Source of the DNA: Leucoraja ocellata
Lineage: Eukaryota
Length of the DNA: 64,000 nucleotides
Assembly: GCA_036785375.1 (NCBI GenBank)
Contig: JAWMAR010001602.1
Coordinates: 1-64,000 of the forward strand
Direction: 5' to 3'
The translations under genes were made by a program, and so were the position numbers. Shown piece by piece: positions 1 to 10,960 of the stretch. Numbering within the stretch: the first letter of the stretch is position 1; the number at the start of each line of letters is the position of its first letter. The notes under the pieces were generated by a model. That model saw only the letters and a list, made by a program, of their open reading frames with translations, did not search any database and was not told the origin of the DNA.

Positions 1-299
1 GTTGTTTGATTTTTTTTTAAAGCGAAGAGCTGGAATAATGTGGCGGGTGGTTTAAGTGTTTTTGGTCTTTGGTGGTTAAATTGGGAATAGAGTTTCATCA
101 GTGTTCCAGATGTTACATCACATCTGTGGATGCAGCTACACTTACACATCACTATATAGACATGAATTGGTCTGTCTTTGACCAGGTGGATCGTGGAGCT
201 CAGATGAGCGTTCGACATTCAGTATGACATGAAGAATAAAACCGAACAGGGCACATTAGGTCAAGTACTTATCTTCAATTGTCAAATCCCGCGAATTAT

Positions 300-623
300 A
301 TGGATTGCATCACGGCCTGGTTCGGCAACTTGAATATCCAGGAGCGGAAAAGATTGCAAAAGGTTGTGACCCCTGCCCATTCCATAACCGGCTCGGACCC
401 TCGGACCACCGACCCCCCCCCCCCCCCCCCCGCCCATCATCAAAAAGGCAGCCAACATCATCAGAGACCCACACCATCCTGGCTACAGACTCATTTCACC
501 ACTGCCATCGGGAAGAAGGTACAGGAGCCTGAAAACTGTAACGTCTAGGTTCAGGAACAGCTTCTTCCCTACAGCCATCAGGCTATTAAACACTAGAACT
601 TCATATCCTCTGAACTGCAATAG

Positions 624-660
<37 letters not shown>

Positions 661-813
661 TATTATTATTATTATTATTATTATATTATTATTATTGCAC
701 TGTTATTGTTTGTTTTGAGTGTGTGTGCGTGTATACATGCAAAAATGTCATTGTTCTATCTGGGACATATGACAATAAAACATTCTTGACTCTCGACTCC
801 CGACTCTCAACTC
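300..813 (+). mobile_element. Rex1/Babar-like LINE 3' fragment in the CH1-CH2 intron, with an (ATT)n microsatellite
   Basis: CITAWFGNL...ERKRLQKVV peptide as in the copy at 13756-14343; AATAAA followed by a (TTGACTC)-like tail; (ATT)n at about 624-695. Confidence 0.8.
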
Positions 814-828
814 CACCCCAACACGAAC

Positions 829-1133
829 CTGGTGGTTGTACTTTCACTTTATACTCGTTCTGGTTGTGCTGAACCACGCAGAAGATGTCACCTCCCGCTG
901 CCGCCGCCTCGGTGATGGTTAACTCGCTGCTCCGGGTGTAAGTTCCCAACTTATTGAACACTTGCCGGGTAGCCCTTCACTCCGGTCTCCAGTTTTATAT
1001 CATCTTTCTTCCAAGAAACACTGGCGCCCGCAGGGGGAATAGCCCAACGCCAAACAACCATAGGTGAACGAACCACTGGAGCCTTGATCCTCGCAGGTGA
1101 AGAGAATGAAGGGACTGGGCGCGGATGGAGCCG
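829..1133 (-). pseudogene. IGHM: IgM heavy chain constant exon CH1 (Cmu1), doubly frameshifted
   Basis: Acceptor TTTGCAG|CG at 1134 and donor G|GTTCGT at 828. Repaired translation: AAPSAPSPFILFTCEDQGSSGSFTYGCLALGYSPAGASVSWKKDDIKLETGVKGYPAVFNKLGTYTRSSELTITEAAAAGGDIFCVVQHNQNEYKVKVQPP (C1-set Cys-Trp-Cys plus an N-terminal Cys suited to L-chain bonding). The exon is 305 nt (303+2), with extra bases in the G-run 1033-1037 and at 962-963. The unrepaired frame stops at TGA 1000-1002. Confidence 0.88.
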
Positions 1134-1496
1134 CTGCAAAGCAAAGGCCACATGAATGTTAAACTCTCTCTCTCTCTCTTGTCTATTTCATGCAACTTCA
1201 CCTGAGTATCACACACTATTAGTTAATCCACTCCGCCTTGATCCCACCTTGGAAAACATTGGCTGAAAATGTCTTGGGTGCCAATATCTGGCAGTTACTG
1301 CCAAATGTACGCACAATTTCGAGTTGGAAATATATCGATAGGCCTCCAGTATTCATTACTGTAAAATTCCCAGCATTTCTCAGGAATGCTCAATGGCTAT
1401 AACTAACGTTGGCGTATGTGTTACAATCTCACCAAACTCCTTGTTGCGACTGGGGATGATGGAGCAAGGGCGGATCTACGGGATACAGTGTAGACA

Positions 1497-1830
1497 CGTG
1501 TGAGAGTCTCGTCTATTGTAAAAGTGGAGAATACCCGCTCCCTAAAGAATGAGGACCTCGGATATCCTGGGATGGAACAACTCATCTTGGGAGCAGTTGC
1601 ACGGAGATGGATGAATTTGGGAATAGGACATACAGTCTTTGCAGGAGGCAAGGTTGGAAGAGGTGTAGTCCTGATAGCTGTGGGAGTCCGTAGATTTGTC
1701 ATTTACGTCAGTCGATAGTCTATCTCCTGCGATGGAGACGGTGAGATCAACAAAGGGGAGGTATGTGTCGGGGATAGACCCGGGGAATTTGATCGTACGG
1801 TCAAAGTTTGTAGACAATGAAGTCGATGAG
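1497..1830 (-). mobile_element. Penelope-like element RT fragment in the J-C intron
   Basis: LPFVDLTVSIAGDRLSTDVNDKSTDSHSYQDY resembles the PLE motif LPFLD...YxKPTDSHSYLDY; homologous to 24095-24340. Confidence 0.75.
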
Positions 1831-2759
1831 TTCTGCATGGGTACAGGAGGAAGAGTTCGGGGAATCGGCCAGTCTGTGTCAGGGGTTGTCCCGTGTACCC
1901 AACTAAATGGAAATTGGTGAAATGATGTGCAATGGGAATTGAAATCAATGGTTCAAACGAGGGTTTGACTGACGTTCAAAATTACATTTGCATTTATTTA
2001 ATTAAAATTAAATAATGTTGGTAGGTTTCGCTTGGGCCACTGAGAGTGCCCGTGGCTATAACTTTTGATTTGAAGGAAGAGGGAAGAGTTTTTGTCATAA
2101 ATGGTTCAGAGATTATCCGATAAAATCAGAAACAATGGAAGGATGGCTGTGGTTTTCCACTTCGGGTCCCGAACATAATTTGGGAGAAGACAAAAAATAA
2201 ACAATCACAATCTTGTTCGTGTAATTTGGCCTTAAATTGTGTCCATCGAACGGAACCAACTAAGGGGGTGGATGGGATTGAAATGGTAGCGACAAATAAC
2301 ACACTTCAAATGTTACTTTTTAACTGTATTTTGTTGTCCCATCACTCACGAAAATATACCGATCATTTCTATGTCGACCGTAATTGCAAGGACATTCCAA
2401 AAAGCAAACCAGCCGGCAAGAACATCACATTCATACCAGATTAAAACATGTATGAGATTGCATTGGTAAGGATTAAAAAGAACTCCCTCAATATAATATC
2501 TGAATTAGTAAAGGTTATGAACCACAACTTCTGGAAACTAAATGTAGCATATAAATTGTAAGAACATGTTAATACTTCGTAATTAAATAAATTGGCACAT
2601 GTTTCAAATGTTTGTCTGTGTACATCATTGCCTCAATGAAATCAATAATAATCAATTAAAATTAATGTTGATGCAATTCAGTTCAGTTTCCAGCATCTTT
2701 AAAACGAGTTTACGCTTACAATGTGATCGGCACGGAAGAATGATTAACATTGTATCACT

Positions 2760-2892
2760 GTGTTTAAGAAGGAACTGCAGATGCTGGAAAATCGAAGGTA
2801 CACAAAAAAGCTGGAGAAACTCAGCGGGTGCAGCAGCATCTACGGGAGCGAAGGAAAAGGGCAACGTTTCGGGCCGAAACCCTTCTTCAGAC
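2760..2892 (-). mobile_element. Penelope-like pLTR fragment with a hammerhead-like core
   Basis: Same family as 12818-13025, 9410-9590, 19570-19700 and 23262-23350. Minus strand reads CTGAAGAAGGGTTTCGGCCCGAAACGTTG. Confidence 0.7.
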
Positions 2893-3704
2893 GGGTTTGT
2901 ATCATTGTAAATATTGTATCACTGTCCGATAGGATACGATATCAAATATACCAATTATAAATTATAACCTGCAATGTATTAAAACATATCTGAGTTTGCT
3001 TCGTGACTTTAACAGGAAAAGGCTTTCATTCATATAGAGGAAGTTTACTTAGAATAGTGAAAATGCACAATGTTGCTAAATCAATATCTTAATTAAATAA
3101 ATGCAAATGTAAATTTGAACGCCACTCAAACCCTCCTTTAAGCCACGGATTTCAATTCGCACTCTGTTCAATGATTAATGGGATACCCTGTTTTGTAATT
3201 AAAATTAAGATAGCGGAGTCAGGGTGATATGGGGAGAAGGCAGGAAATGGGACTGATTGGGGAAGATCAGCCATCACATTAAATGGCGGTGCTAGCTCGA
3301 AGGACCGAATGGCCTCTATTGTCTAAATTAGCAAAGAAAATTCCGTTTCCAACATTCCATTTTTCCCAATCTCTCATTTTTTTTACCGCAACTATTCGTA
3401 AAGCGGACATTTTTCATTAGCAATTCAGTAAATAGAGGAACATTTTGTTTTAAATGGCATTGGGACCCATAGACAAACACGAATTCAAATTCTCTTTCTA
3501 ATAAATCCACGGATTACAAGTTATTCAAGAACTGCAGCTGTTCCGAAATCTCCCCGTTTTACATTCAAACGCATTTCAAATGGGAAAACTCGTGATCTTT
3601 GACATAAAACAGAGAAATGGGTCATTGGGTTAGGCAGCATTTGTGGAAAGAGGAAAGCAAGCATTTGCCAGGTCGACTATCGTTGGGAGAATAAACCATG
3701 GCGA

Positions 3705-3955
3705 ATTTAGTTTCGATTAGAGATATAGCATAGAAATAGATCCTTCTGCCAACCAAATCCACGGCGACACACAAGTTCCACGTTATCTCACCCCCGACCC
3801 ACCCGGGTCAATCACCCGGGTCAATTAACCTGCAAACCTGCACTCTTTTGGGTTGTGGGAGGAAAGCAGAGAACCAGTAACAAACCGCAGGGAGAACGCA
3901 CAGTTCTTAGTCTGCACCTGATTTCGGGAACGAAGTCGTGTCTCTGGCGCTACCA
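3705..3955 (-). mobile_element. V-SINE/HE1-type tRNA-derived SINE (degenerate)
   Basis: TGTGGGAGGAAA...GCAGGGAGAACG V-domain-like core and CR1-like tail; similar to 18480-18800. Confidence 0.6.
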
Positions 3956-5094
3956 GCTGTCATTCGGCTCCCCTCTATGGGATTTGTCTTTCGCCACAGG
4001 CTGCGTGACCCTCTAGGTGTTTGCAAACATTTACTCTTCCTATTTATGATTTCTAGTAATTTCTATTTTTATTTTTAAACATATATCTTCTTTGCGTTTA
4101 TTGAAATAACCGAATCGGACACTTCATACAACAGCAATACCCGGTCGCTGCCAATCGAATGGAACGTACAAACACATCCAATTGCGCACCAAATATCGGC
4201 TCCCACAATCACCGGCTGAATCATACCGCCGATGGGATCAATCGCTCAACACAAATTTGCTGAAACTCTTCACAAAAATCCAAATATCTCTGTCCAAAGA
4301 CCACCGACATTCATTGTTCCATTGACCACCGAGCCAATCATTGTTGAAATAACGAGGAATAACACAATACACGTGGATTACATAGATAACATTTCCATAT
4401 AATGTGAATTACATTCAGTTCCTCCGTCACGCTAGTTCCTCTCAGCGGGAGAAGCAGAGTTACTCCAGCTTTGTGTCAATCGGCAACATAAATCAGCATC
4501 CACAGTTCCTCCCTATTCATTGTACTTCAAGATATATAACTGACGCTGAACCTTGCTGTCTGTGTTTTGCTGCAAGAACATTTTACTTCGTCCATGCAAG
4601 TTTTGTTAGCGATTGGATTAAAGTTGGCAAGGTAATCCCACCAATTAATACATACACTTTAAAAACTTGAACATTTTACACCCAGGATTTATCCGTTTGT
4701 GTCGTTTGTTTCATATGCGCTGAGAAGAAACAAACTGAGACAAAGTACCTGCTGTTGATCAGAAAATACAGTTCGATGCATCGCAGATCAAGGACCACAA
4801 CAACCTCAAACAATTAGAAAGCCTAGTGAAAGCAAATTGATGCTCATTTTCCCACTAATTTGGAACTTAAACCGAATCCGTTTCATAGTCAAAGGATCGA
4901 AAGTCATAGCACACAAGGCAAGTTTAAATCGTGAATCTTGCAGCGGAATCACATAACATTCTAAAGCAACATCGATCCAACATTGCAATGAATGGGTAAT
5001 TAATGTAGAACAACAATTTAATATAATTATTGGAAATATCGAGTAAAATTACAACTGGATACATCTAGATACTGAATAGGATGAAGTTTCTTAC

Positions 5095-5142
5095 CGTTGG
5101 TTACCGTCAACATGGTGCCTCCTCCCCAGTAGTCAAGATAGT
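5095..5142 (-). CDS. IGHJ: Ig heavy chain JH segment (YLDYWGGGTMLTVTN)
   Basis: WGxG motif, phase-1 donor G|GTAAG at 5094, and an upstream RSS. Confidence 0.95.
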
Positions 5143-5181
5143 CACAGTGTTACATTCTACGGGCTTCCTCACACAATAACA
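5143..5181 (+). promoter_or_regulatory. J recombination signal sequence, 23-bp spacer
   Basis: CACAGTG 5143-5149, 23-nt spacer, nonamer ACAATAACA 5173-5181. Confidence 0.9.
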
Positions 5182-5508
5182 TGATCTGCACAAGGTAGGC
5201 AAAAAAGAACAAAAGTCCTGTAATTATTCGTATTTCACATCGAAGGTGAATGACATATTGCTCTTTGAAAACAATGAATGCGTTAAATAAATCATTTCCA
5301 ACAATAATCAGATGCCACGGCTCCGTGTATTAAACTGGGCAGTGAAATGTGATAAGAATTATCTACATATAAAATACAAATTACTTCAAGTTACCTATAC
5401 AACAAAATGTGCGAAAATATCCCTGGACATGTTTATGCTCTTGTTGTATGAAATATTGAATTGAAAATATCATATACTGGCCCAGACCACCGTATTATGG
5501 GTTGTGGA

Positions 5509-5576
5509 TGTTTTTGTATTGGTAGGAACCGCTGTGCCATCCAGTATACACAGTGAAACATACCATGTCAAATACC
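5509..5576 (-). other. IGHD: DH2 segment (TATACTGGATGG, 5537-5548) flanked by 12/12 RSSs
   Basis: On the + strand: TGTTTTTGT 5509-5517, 12-nt spacer, CGCTGTG 5530-5536; then CACAGTG 5549-5555, 12-nt spacer, TCAAATACC 5568-5576. Matches the shark IgM D2 12/12 layout. Confidence 0.92.
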
Positions 5577-5824
5577 TCGCTCTTCAAGAACTGGTGCATG
5601 TACTGCTCACAGACGATATGTCCCAGGAGACTCTTCGCTGTCACTTATACAGCTAAACGCTGTTCTTCTAAAGCTCATAAAATAACGTTAATTGGTCGGA
5701 AGGCAGTTGGACATTTCTCAAAACAATCCATGTAACTTTAAACGGTGACATTTTATTTGATTTTTCTTCACTGGGCCTCTCCTACGGTGCTTGTAGGTTG
5801 GAGCAGGAGAAAATTAGGTGTCAG

Positions 5825-5903
5825 GGTTTTTGTACGGGGAAGTCGCTGTTTGTAGCACCGTGACCCACTGTTGTACACAGTGAGACAGACCCGCACAAAA
5901 ACC
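5825..5903 (-). other. IGHD: DH1 segment (TACAACAGTGGGT, 5863-5875) flanked by 12 (V side) / 22 (J side) RSSs
   Basis: On the + strand: GGTTTTTGT 5825-5833, 22-nt spacer, CACCGTG 5856-5862; then CACAGTG 5876-5882, 12-nt spacer, ACAAAAACC 5895-5903. Matches the shark IgM D1 12/22 layout. Confidence 0.95.
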
Positions 5904-5985
5904 TCCCATACAGTTCACACTCAGGTTTCATTTGAAACGGCCTTCGATACGATTTTAAATGGTCCAGCAATTCACAGAGAACACA

Positions 5986-6053
5986 ATATACACAACACCA
6001 ACAATATAAATATACACAACACCAACAATATAAATATACACAACACCAACAAT
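5986..6053 (+). repeat. 24-bp tandem repeat (about 2.8 copies) in the V-D1 spacer
   Basis: ATATACACAACACCAACAATATAA at 5986, 6010 and 6034 (partial). Confidence 0.85.
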
Positions 6054-6297
6054 CTCCCTTCATCTCACTTGCATAATGGAATGAGCACATTTTCCTGGTC
6101 TATGGTTTTACGCAACGCCTATGGGTATGCGTGAAGCGAATATAAAAAAACTCACACGAATACGATGGTTACATTTTTGAATATCGTGTTGGATTTGTGA
6201 ATGGTACTTTGCCTCCATTTCCCGACTGTTATTATAGCTGTAGGAATAATTGCTCACCTCTAGTCTTTGATGGTAAAAGCTGGACTTCCCAACGTGC

Positions 6298-6336
6298 CGT
6301 TCTTGTACGGGTCTGACACTGAATGCTCACACTGTG
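6298..6336 (-). promoter_or_regulatory. V recombination signal sequence, 23-bp spacer
   Basis: Minus strand: CACAGTG (6336-6330), 23-nt spacer, ACAAGAACG (6306-6298). Confidence 0.92.
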
Positions 6337-6640
6337 TCGCTCGCACAGTAATAGACAGCCGTGTCTTCGATCTTCAGGCTGCTGGCCGTCACGATGAAGA
6401 TATTATTCGAATTGTCTTTGGACGGAGTAAATCGGCTCTCTATCCCCGGAGCGAAGTACTTGGTACCAGAATTGTAGTAAGTAAGCAGCCACTCCAGCCC
6501 CTGCCCGGGGACCTGACGGACCAAAGCCATATAGTAGCCGCTAACACTGAACCCGCTGGCTTTACAGTTCAGTGTGATGGAGCCTCCAGGAGTGGCCGTC
6601 TCTGTCTCGGGCTGGGTTAGAACGATATCGGAATGGACAC
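6337..6640 (-). CDS. IGHV: Ig heavy chain VH exon (open frame; conserved FR2 Trp replaced by Leu)
   Basis: Acceptor TTGCAG|GT at 6641. Translation: [100 protein letters not shown]. Both canonical Cys are present. Confidence 0.95.
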
Positions 6641-6814
6641 CTGCAAGTTAAAAACAAGGCATGAATGGCGAGGATAAAATATTGACCATTGATCCCCGAC
6701 TGTAATTATCAAGAGGAAATAAATTGGGAAGGTTCTAGAGTGGGTAGAAGGGGAATGGTGTAGTGGATACACCACTGGGAAACTTGCGTGGGGAATTTGT
6801 CCAACATTACTCAC

Positions 6815-6860
6815 GGACTATTAACGCCAGGAACAAACTCAGTGAAACCGCCGACATCAT
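6815..6860 (-). CDS. IGHV: VH leader (signal peptide) exon MMSAVSLSLFLALIV
   Basis: ATG at 6860; 46-nt hydrophobic exon; phase-1 donor GTGAGT at 6814 splices in frame to the V exon. Confidence 0.92.
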
Positions 6861-7082
6861 CCCGCTGGGAAGTGTGACCCTGTTGTTTCTGTACAGAACC
6901 TCGCAACAAACCAACTGCAAGGAAGTTGGAATTCGGCCCCTCTTAGAGAGAATTAAATACCCGGCAAAAGAGGGCGCGGCTGTGGGCGGGACTTGTAAAC
7001 CGAGCGGTGCAGCGGGCGGAGCTGAAACACGGCTCCCAACTCAACAGCAACATGGACTCACGCTATCACATCTATTAGACAC
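6861..7082 (-). promoter_or_regulatory. Putative VH proximal promoter (TATA-like element, GC boxes, no octamer)
   Basis: Minus-strand GTATTTAATT at 6951-6960, GGGCGG at 6984-6989 and 7014-7019, GGAAGT motifs. Bounded by a CR1 tail at about 7083. Confidence 0.5.
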
Positions 7083-8470
7083 ATAGAAACATAGAAAATA
7101 GGTGCAGGAGTAGGCCATTCGGCCCTTCGAGCCTGCACCGCCATTCAATATGATCATGGCTGATCATCCAACTCAGTATCCTGTACCTGCCTTCTCTCCA
7201 TACCCCCTAATGCCTTTAGCCACAAGGGCCACATCTAACTCCCTCTTAAATATGGCCAATGAACTGGCCTCAACTGTGGCAGAGAATTACAGAGATTCAC
7301 CACTCTCTGTGTGAAAAACGTTTTTGTCATCTCGGTCCTAAAAGATTTCCCCCTTATCCTTAAACCGTGACCTCTTGTTCTGGACTTCCCAAACAAGATA
7401 CAAGATACAAGATACAATTTATTTGTCATTTGGACCCCTTGAGGTCCAAACGAAATGACGTTTTCATCGTAAACATCGATAACAATCTTCCTGCATCTAG
7501 CCTGTCCAACCCCTTAAGAATTTTGTAAGTTTCAATAAGATCCCTGCTCAATCTTCTAAATTCTAGCGAGTACAAGCCAAGTCTATCCAGTCTTTCTTCA
7601 TATGAAAGTCCTGACATCCCAGGAATCAGTCTGGTGAACCTTCTCTGTACTCCCTCTATGGCAAGAATGCCTTTCCTCAGATTAGGAGACCAAAACTGTA
7701 CGCAATACACCAGGTGTGGTCTAACGAAGACCCTGTACAACTGCAGTAGAACCTCACTGTTCCTATACTCAAATCACACCCTCAAAGTTACCTTTCTTTA
7801 AGTTCAGAACCCTTGTTTCTGAATTAATTATGTCACTCTCCATCCTAATGAAGAACTCAACCATATTATGGTCACTCTTGCCCAAGGGGCCACGCACAAC
7901 AAGATTGCTAACTAACCCTTCCTCATTACTCAATACCCAATCTAGAATAGCCTGCTCTCTCGTTGGTTCCTCTACATGTTGGTTTAGAAAACTATCCCAC
8001 ATACATTCCCAGAAATCCTCTTCATCAGCACCCCTGCCAATTTGATTCACCCAATCTATATGTAGATTGAAGTCACCCATTATAACTGTTTTACCTTTGT
8101 TGCACGCATTTCTAATTTCCTGTCTGATGCCATCCCCAACTCCACTACTACTGTTAGGTGGCCTGTACACAACTCCCACTAGCGTTTTCTGCCCCTTAGT
8201 GTTTCGCAGCTCTATCCATATCATTAAACATCCTTCATGCTAATGTCCTTCCTTTCTATTGCGTTAATCTCCTCTCTACCCAGCAACGCTACCCCACCTA
8301 CTTTTCCTTTCTGTCTATCCCTCCTGAATATTGTAATATCTTCATCCCTGGATGTTCAGCTCCCAGCCTTGGTCACCCTGGAGCCATATCTCCATGATCC
8401 CAACTATATCATAATCATTAATAGCTATCCGCACATTCAACTCATCCACCTTATTACGAATGCTCCTTGC
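7083..8470 (-). mobile_element. CR1 LINE (3' end joined to the endonuclease region after an internal deletion), with a short Rex1-type tail inserted at about 7394-7470
   Basis: VRPHLxYCVQFWSP...ERLDRLGLYSLE C-terminus; APE motifs GVVYRPP, MGDFN and SDHN; (TTTCTATG)n tail. Confidence 0.9.
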
Positions 8471-8544
8471 TGATACAGATGCACAAGAGGGTAATAAAAC
8501 AGCCTGCTTTTCCGCTTCTTACACAATATAAGCAAAATATAAGC

Positions 8545-9165
8545 AATATATAGCAAAAGGAGTTGAGTATAGGAGCAGGGAGGTTCTACTGCAGTTGTAC
8601 AGGGTCTTGGAGAGACCACACCTGGAGTATTGTGTACAGTTTTGTTCTCCTAATCTGAGGAAAGACATTCTTGCCAGAGAAGGTTCACCAGACTGATTCC
8701 TGGGATGTCAGGACTTTCATATGAAGAAAGACTGGATAGACTCGGCTTGTACTCGCTAGAATTTAGAAGATTGAGGGGGGATCTTATAGAAACTTACAAG
8801 ATTCTTAAGGGGTTAGACAGGCTAGATGCAGGAAGAATGTTCCCGATGTTGGGGAAGTCCGGAAGAAGGGGTCACAGTTTAAGGATAAGGGGGAAATCTT
8901 TTAGGACCGAAATGAGGAAAATATTTTTCACACAGAGAGTGGTGAATCTCTGGAATTCTCTGCCACAGAAGGTAGTTGAGGCCAGCTCATTGTCTATATT
9001 TAAGAGGGAGTTAGATGTGGCCCTTGTGGCTAAAGGGATCAGGGGGTATGGAGAGAAGGCAGGTACAGGATACTGAGTTGGATGATCAGCCATGATCATA
9101 TTGAATGGCGGTGCAGTTTCGAAGGGCCGAATGGACTACTCCTGCACCTATTTTCCATGTTTCTA
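8545..9165 (+). mobile_element. CR1 LINE 3' fragment, inverted relative to 7083-7770
   Basis: ORF 8705-9076 is the CR1 ORF2 C-terminus, followed by the conserved 3' UTR. Confidence 0.9.
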
Positions 9166-10960
9166 TAAAGTTTATATTGTGTAAGGGGTGGAAATGCACG
9201 TTTAAAACTCATGGTATAGTTGTAAATAAGATGGTTTCAAGATTGGTTTCATAGTGCAGTTGTTTCATAAAATATGTTCGGAATTCCTCAAATGTATATT
9301 AAAATGTTTCTGGGTGTGTGCTTGCGTGTGTGAGAGGGAGAGAGAGGAGAGGTGAGGAAAAATATTTGAGCAAGAAAGACAGACAGACAGACCTGCCTTC
9401 ATTGTTAGGTAGACACATAATGCTGGAGAAACTCAGCGGGACAGGCAGCATATCTGGAGAGAAGGAATGTTTGACGTTTTGGGTCGAGACTCTTCTTCAG
9501 ACCTCCAGAGATGCTGCCTGTCCCGCTGAGTTACTCCAGCATTATGTGTCTAGCTTCGATTTAAAGCAGCATCTGCAGTTCTTTCCTACACTTTCCTACC
9601 CATTTGTTCGGCACGGACTTGTAGGGCCGAGATGGCCTGTTTCCGTGCTGTAATTGTTATATGGTTATATGGTTATTCGTAGTTATCAATATGAGCCGTT
9701 CGAACAATATTGGGACTGTCCATTCCAATATCAAGATACATTTATTTGTCACATGTCCCAGTTGATACAGTGAAATGTGTGGTCACCATACAGCCGTACA
9801 GATAAAATGTCAATATCGAGATCAGTTACATAAAAGGCAATAGAGGAAATTGATACAAAGCAAACACAAGATTCTATTAAAATGTCATTAAGAGATTGGA
9901 AGGAAATTAATAGATGGCATATTGCAGGAGGGTAATTGTAGATCTGTGGAGTGATTGGAGAAATGAACGGCATTAGGGATGATTCATATGGTGTTGATTT
10001 TCAGATGCTGCTTCCAAAGATCAAAGTTGAATGAAGGCACGTTCTAACCAATCAACCAATGAGCATATTTGTTGGATAATATTTCAATGATTCAAACTGC
10101 ACTGGTAGGGCGGATGGTGTCGAAAAATCTAATAGAGATATCTGAAGAAGAATCTACTAGAGTTATCTGAGGAGATAAATAGAAACAGTAGTTCACTGAT
10201 TTGTGAGGAAAACACGAGGAGTGTCGAAAATTTAAGGTGCATACGGGCAATTAAAGTTTCCTGCACTCCAACATAGTATTCTTCTATGACTTGAATTTTA
10301 ATTTATCATTGTATTTTCTATGCATCTGTGAATTTGTCACGTGTGGCATTCATATGTATGCAGAGAATGTTATTGATCCCAGCCATTGTTGGTAAATAAA
10401 GGGATATGATACATGTTCTCAGTAAACCTAGCTTTGTAGAAATATTATTGACTAACATCATCCATATGCACTTCAACTTTATTTTTACAGGAGAGAACGT
10501 TGACAATTTAAAATAAATGTCTCTGGTGTAATCTGTTCAGAGATTTGCATTTCTTTCTCACTTTATCTGTTTTCCGCCTCTGGGGAAACATTGCTTCTGT
10601 TTCTGTCCTTCAGTAAACGAACCTGGGTCTGGGGCTGTTGAAATCACCGTTTATTTAAATCAGCTCATCTCTGTTTCCAGCCATTTTTAGATCAACACAA
10701 ACAAGGCAATGAAGATATCATTCTCGACGGCGATTATATGTTTTAACAATATTGGCAGTTGGTGCGAATCAACTGGATTCTCCGAGGGAGTCTATTTTAT
10801 CATATCTTGTTCAAATAAAATGGTGCATTTATATTACAGATTCACCAGAATATTTTGCTGTCCACTTGAATCTACACTTGAAGAAATGTCTAAGCAAGCG
10901 AGGTCAATGGAGGAATCGAGTGCTTTCCACACCTCCACTGTAGGTTTTTCATTATTAACA

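Noticed and set aside
829-6860. IgW, IgNAR or a germline-joined gene
   Set aside because: Two unjoined D segments with 12/22 and 12/12 RSSs, IgM-like D cores, a conventional VH with CDR2 and a mu-like CH1 favour unrearranged IgM. IgW cannot be fully excluded without alignment.
9990-10960. Possible exons with AG acceptors and an octamer at 10543-10550
   Set aside because: No recognisable protein motif, many stops, and no associated leader, V or RSS.
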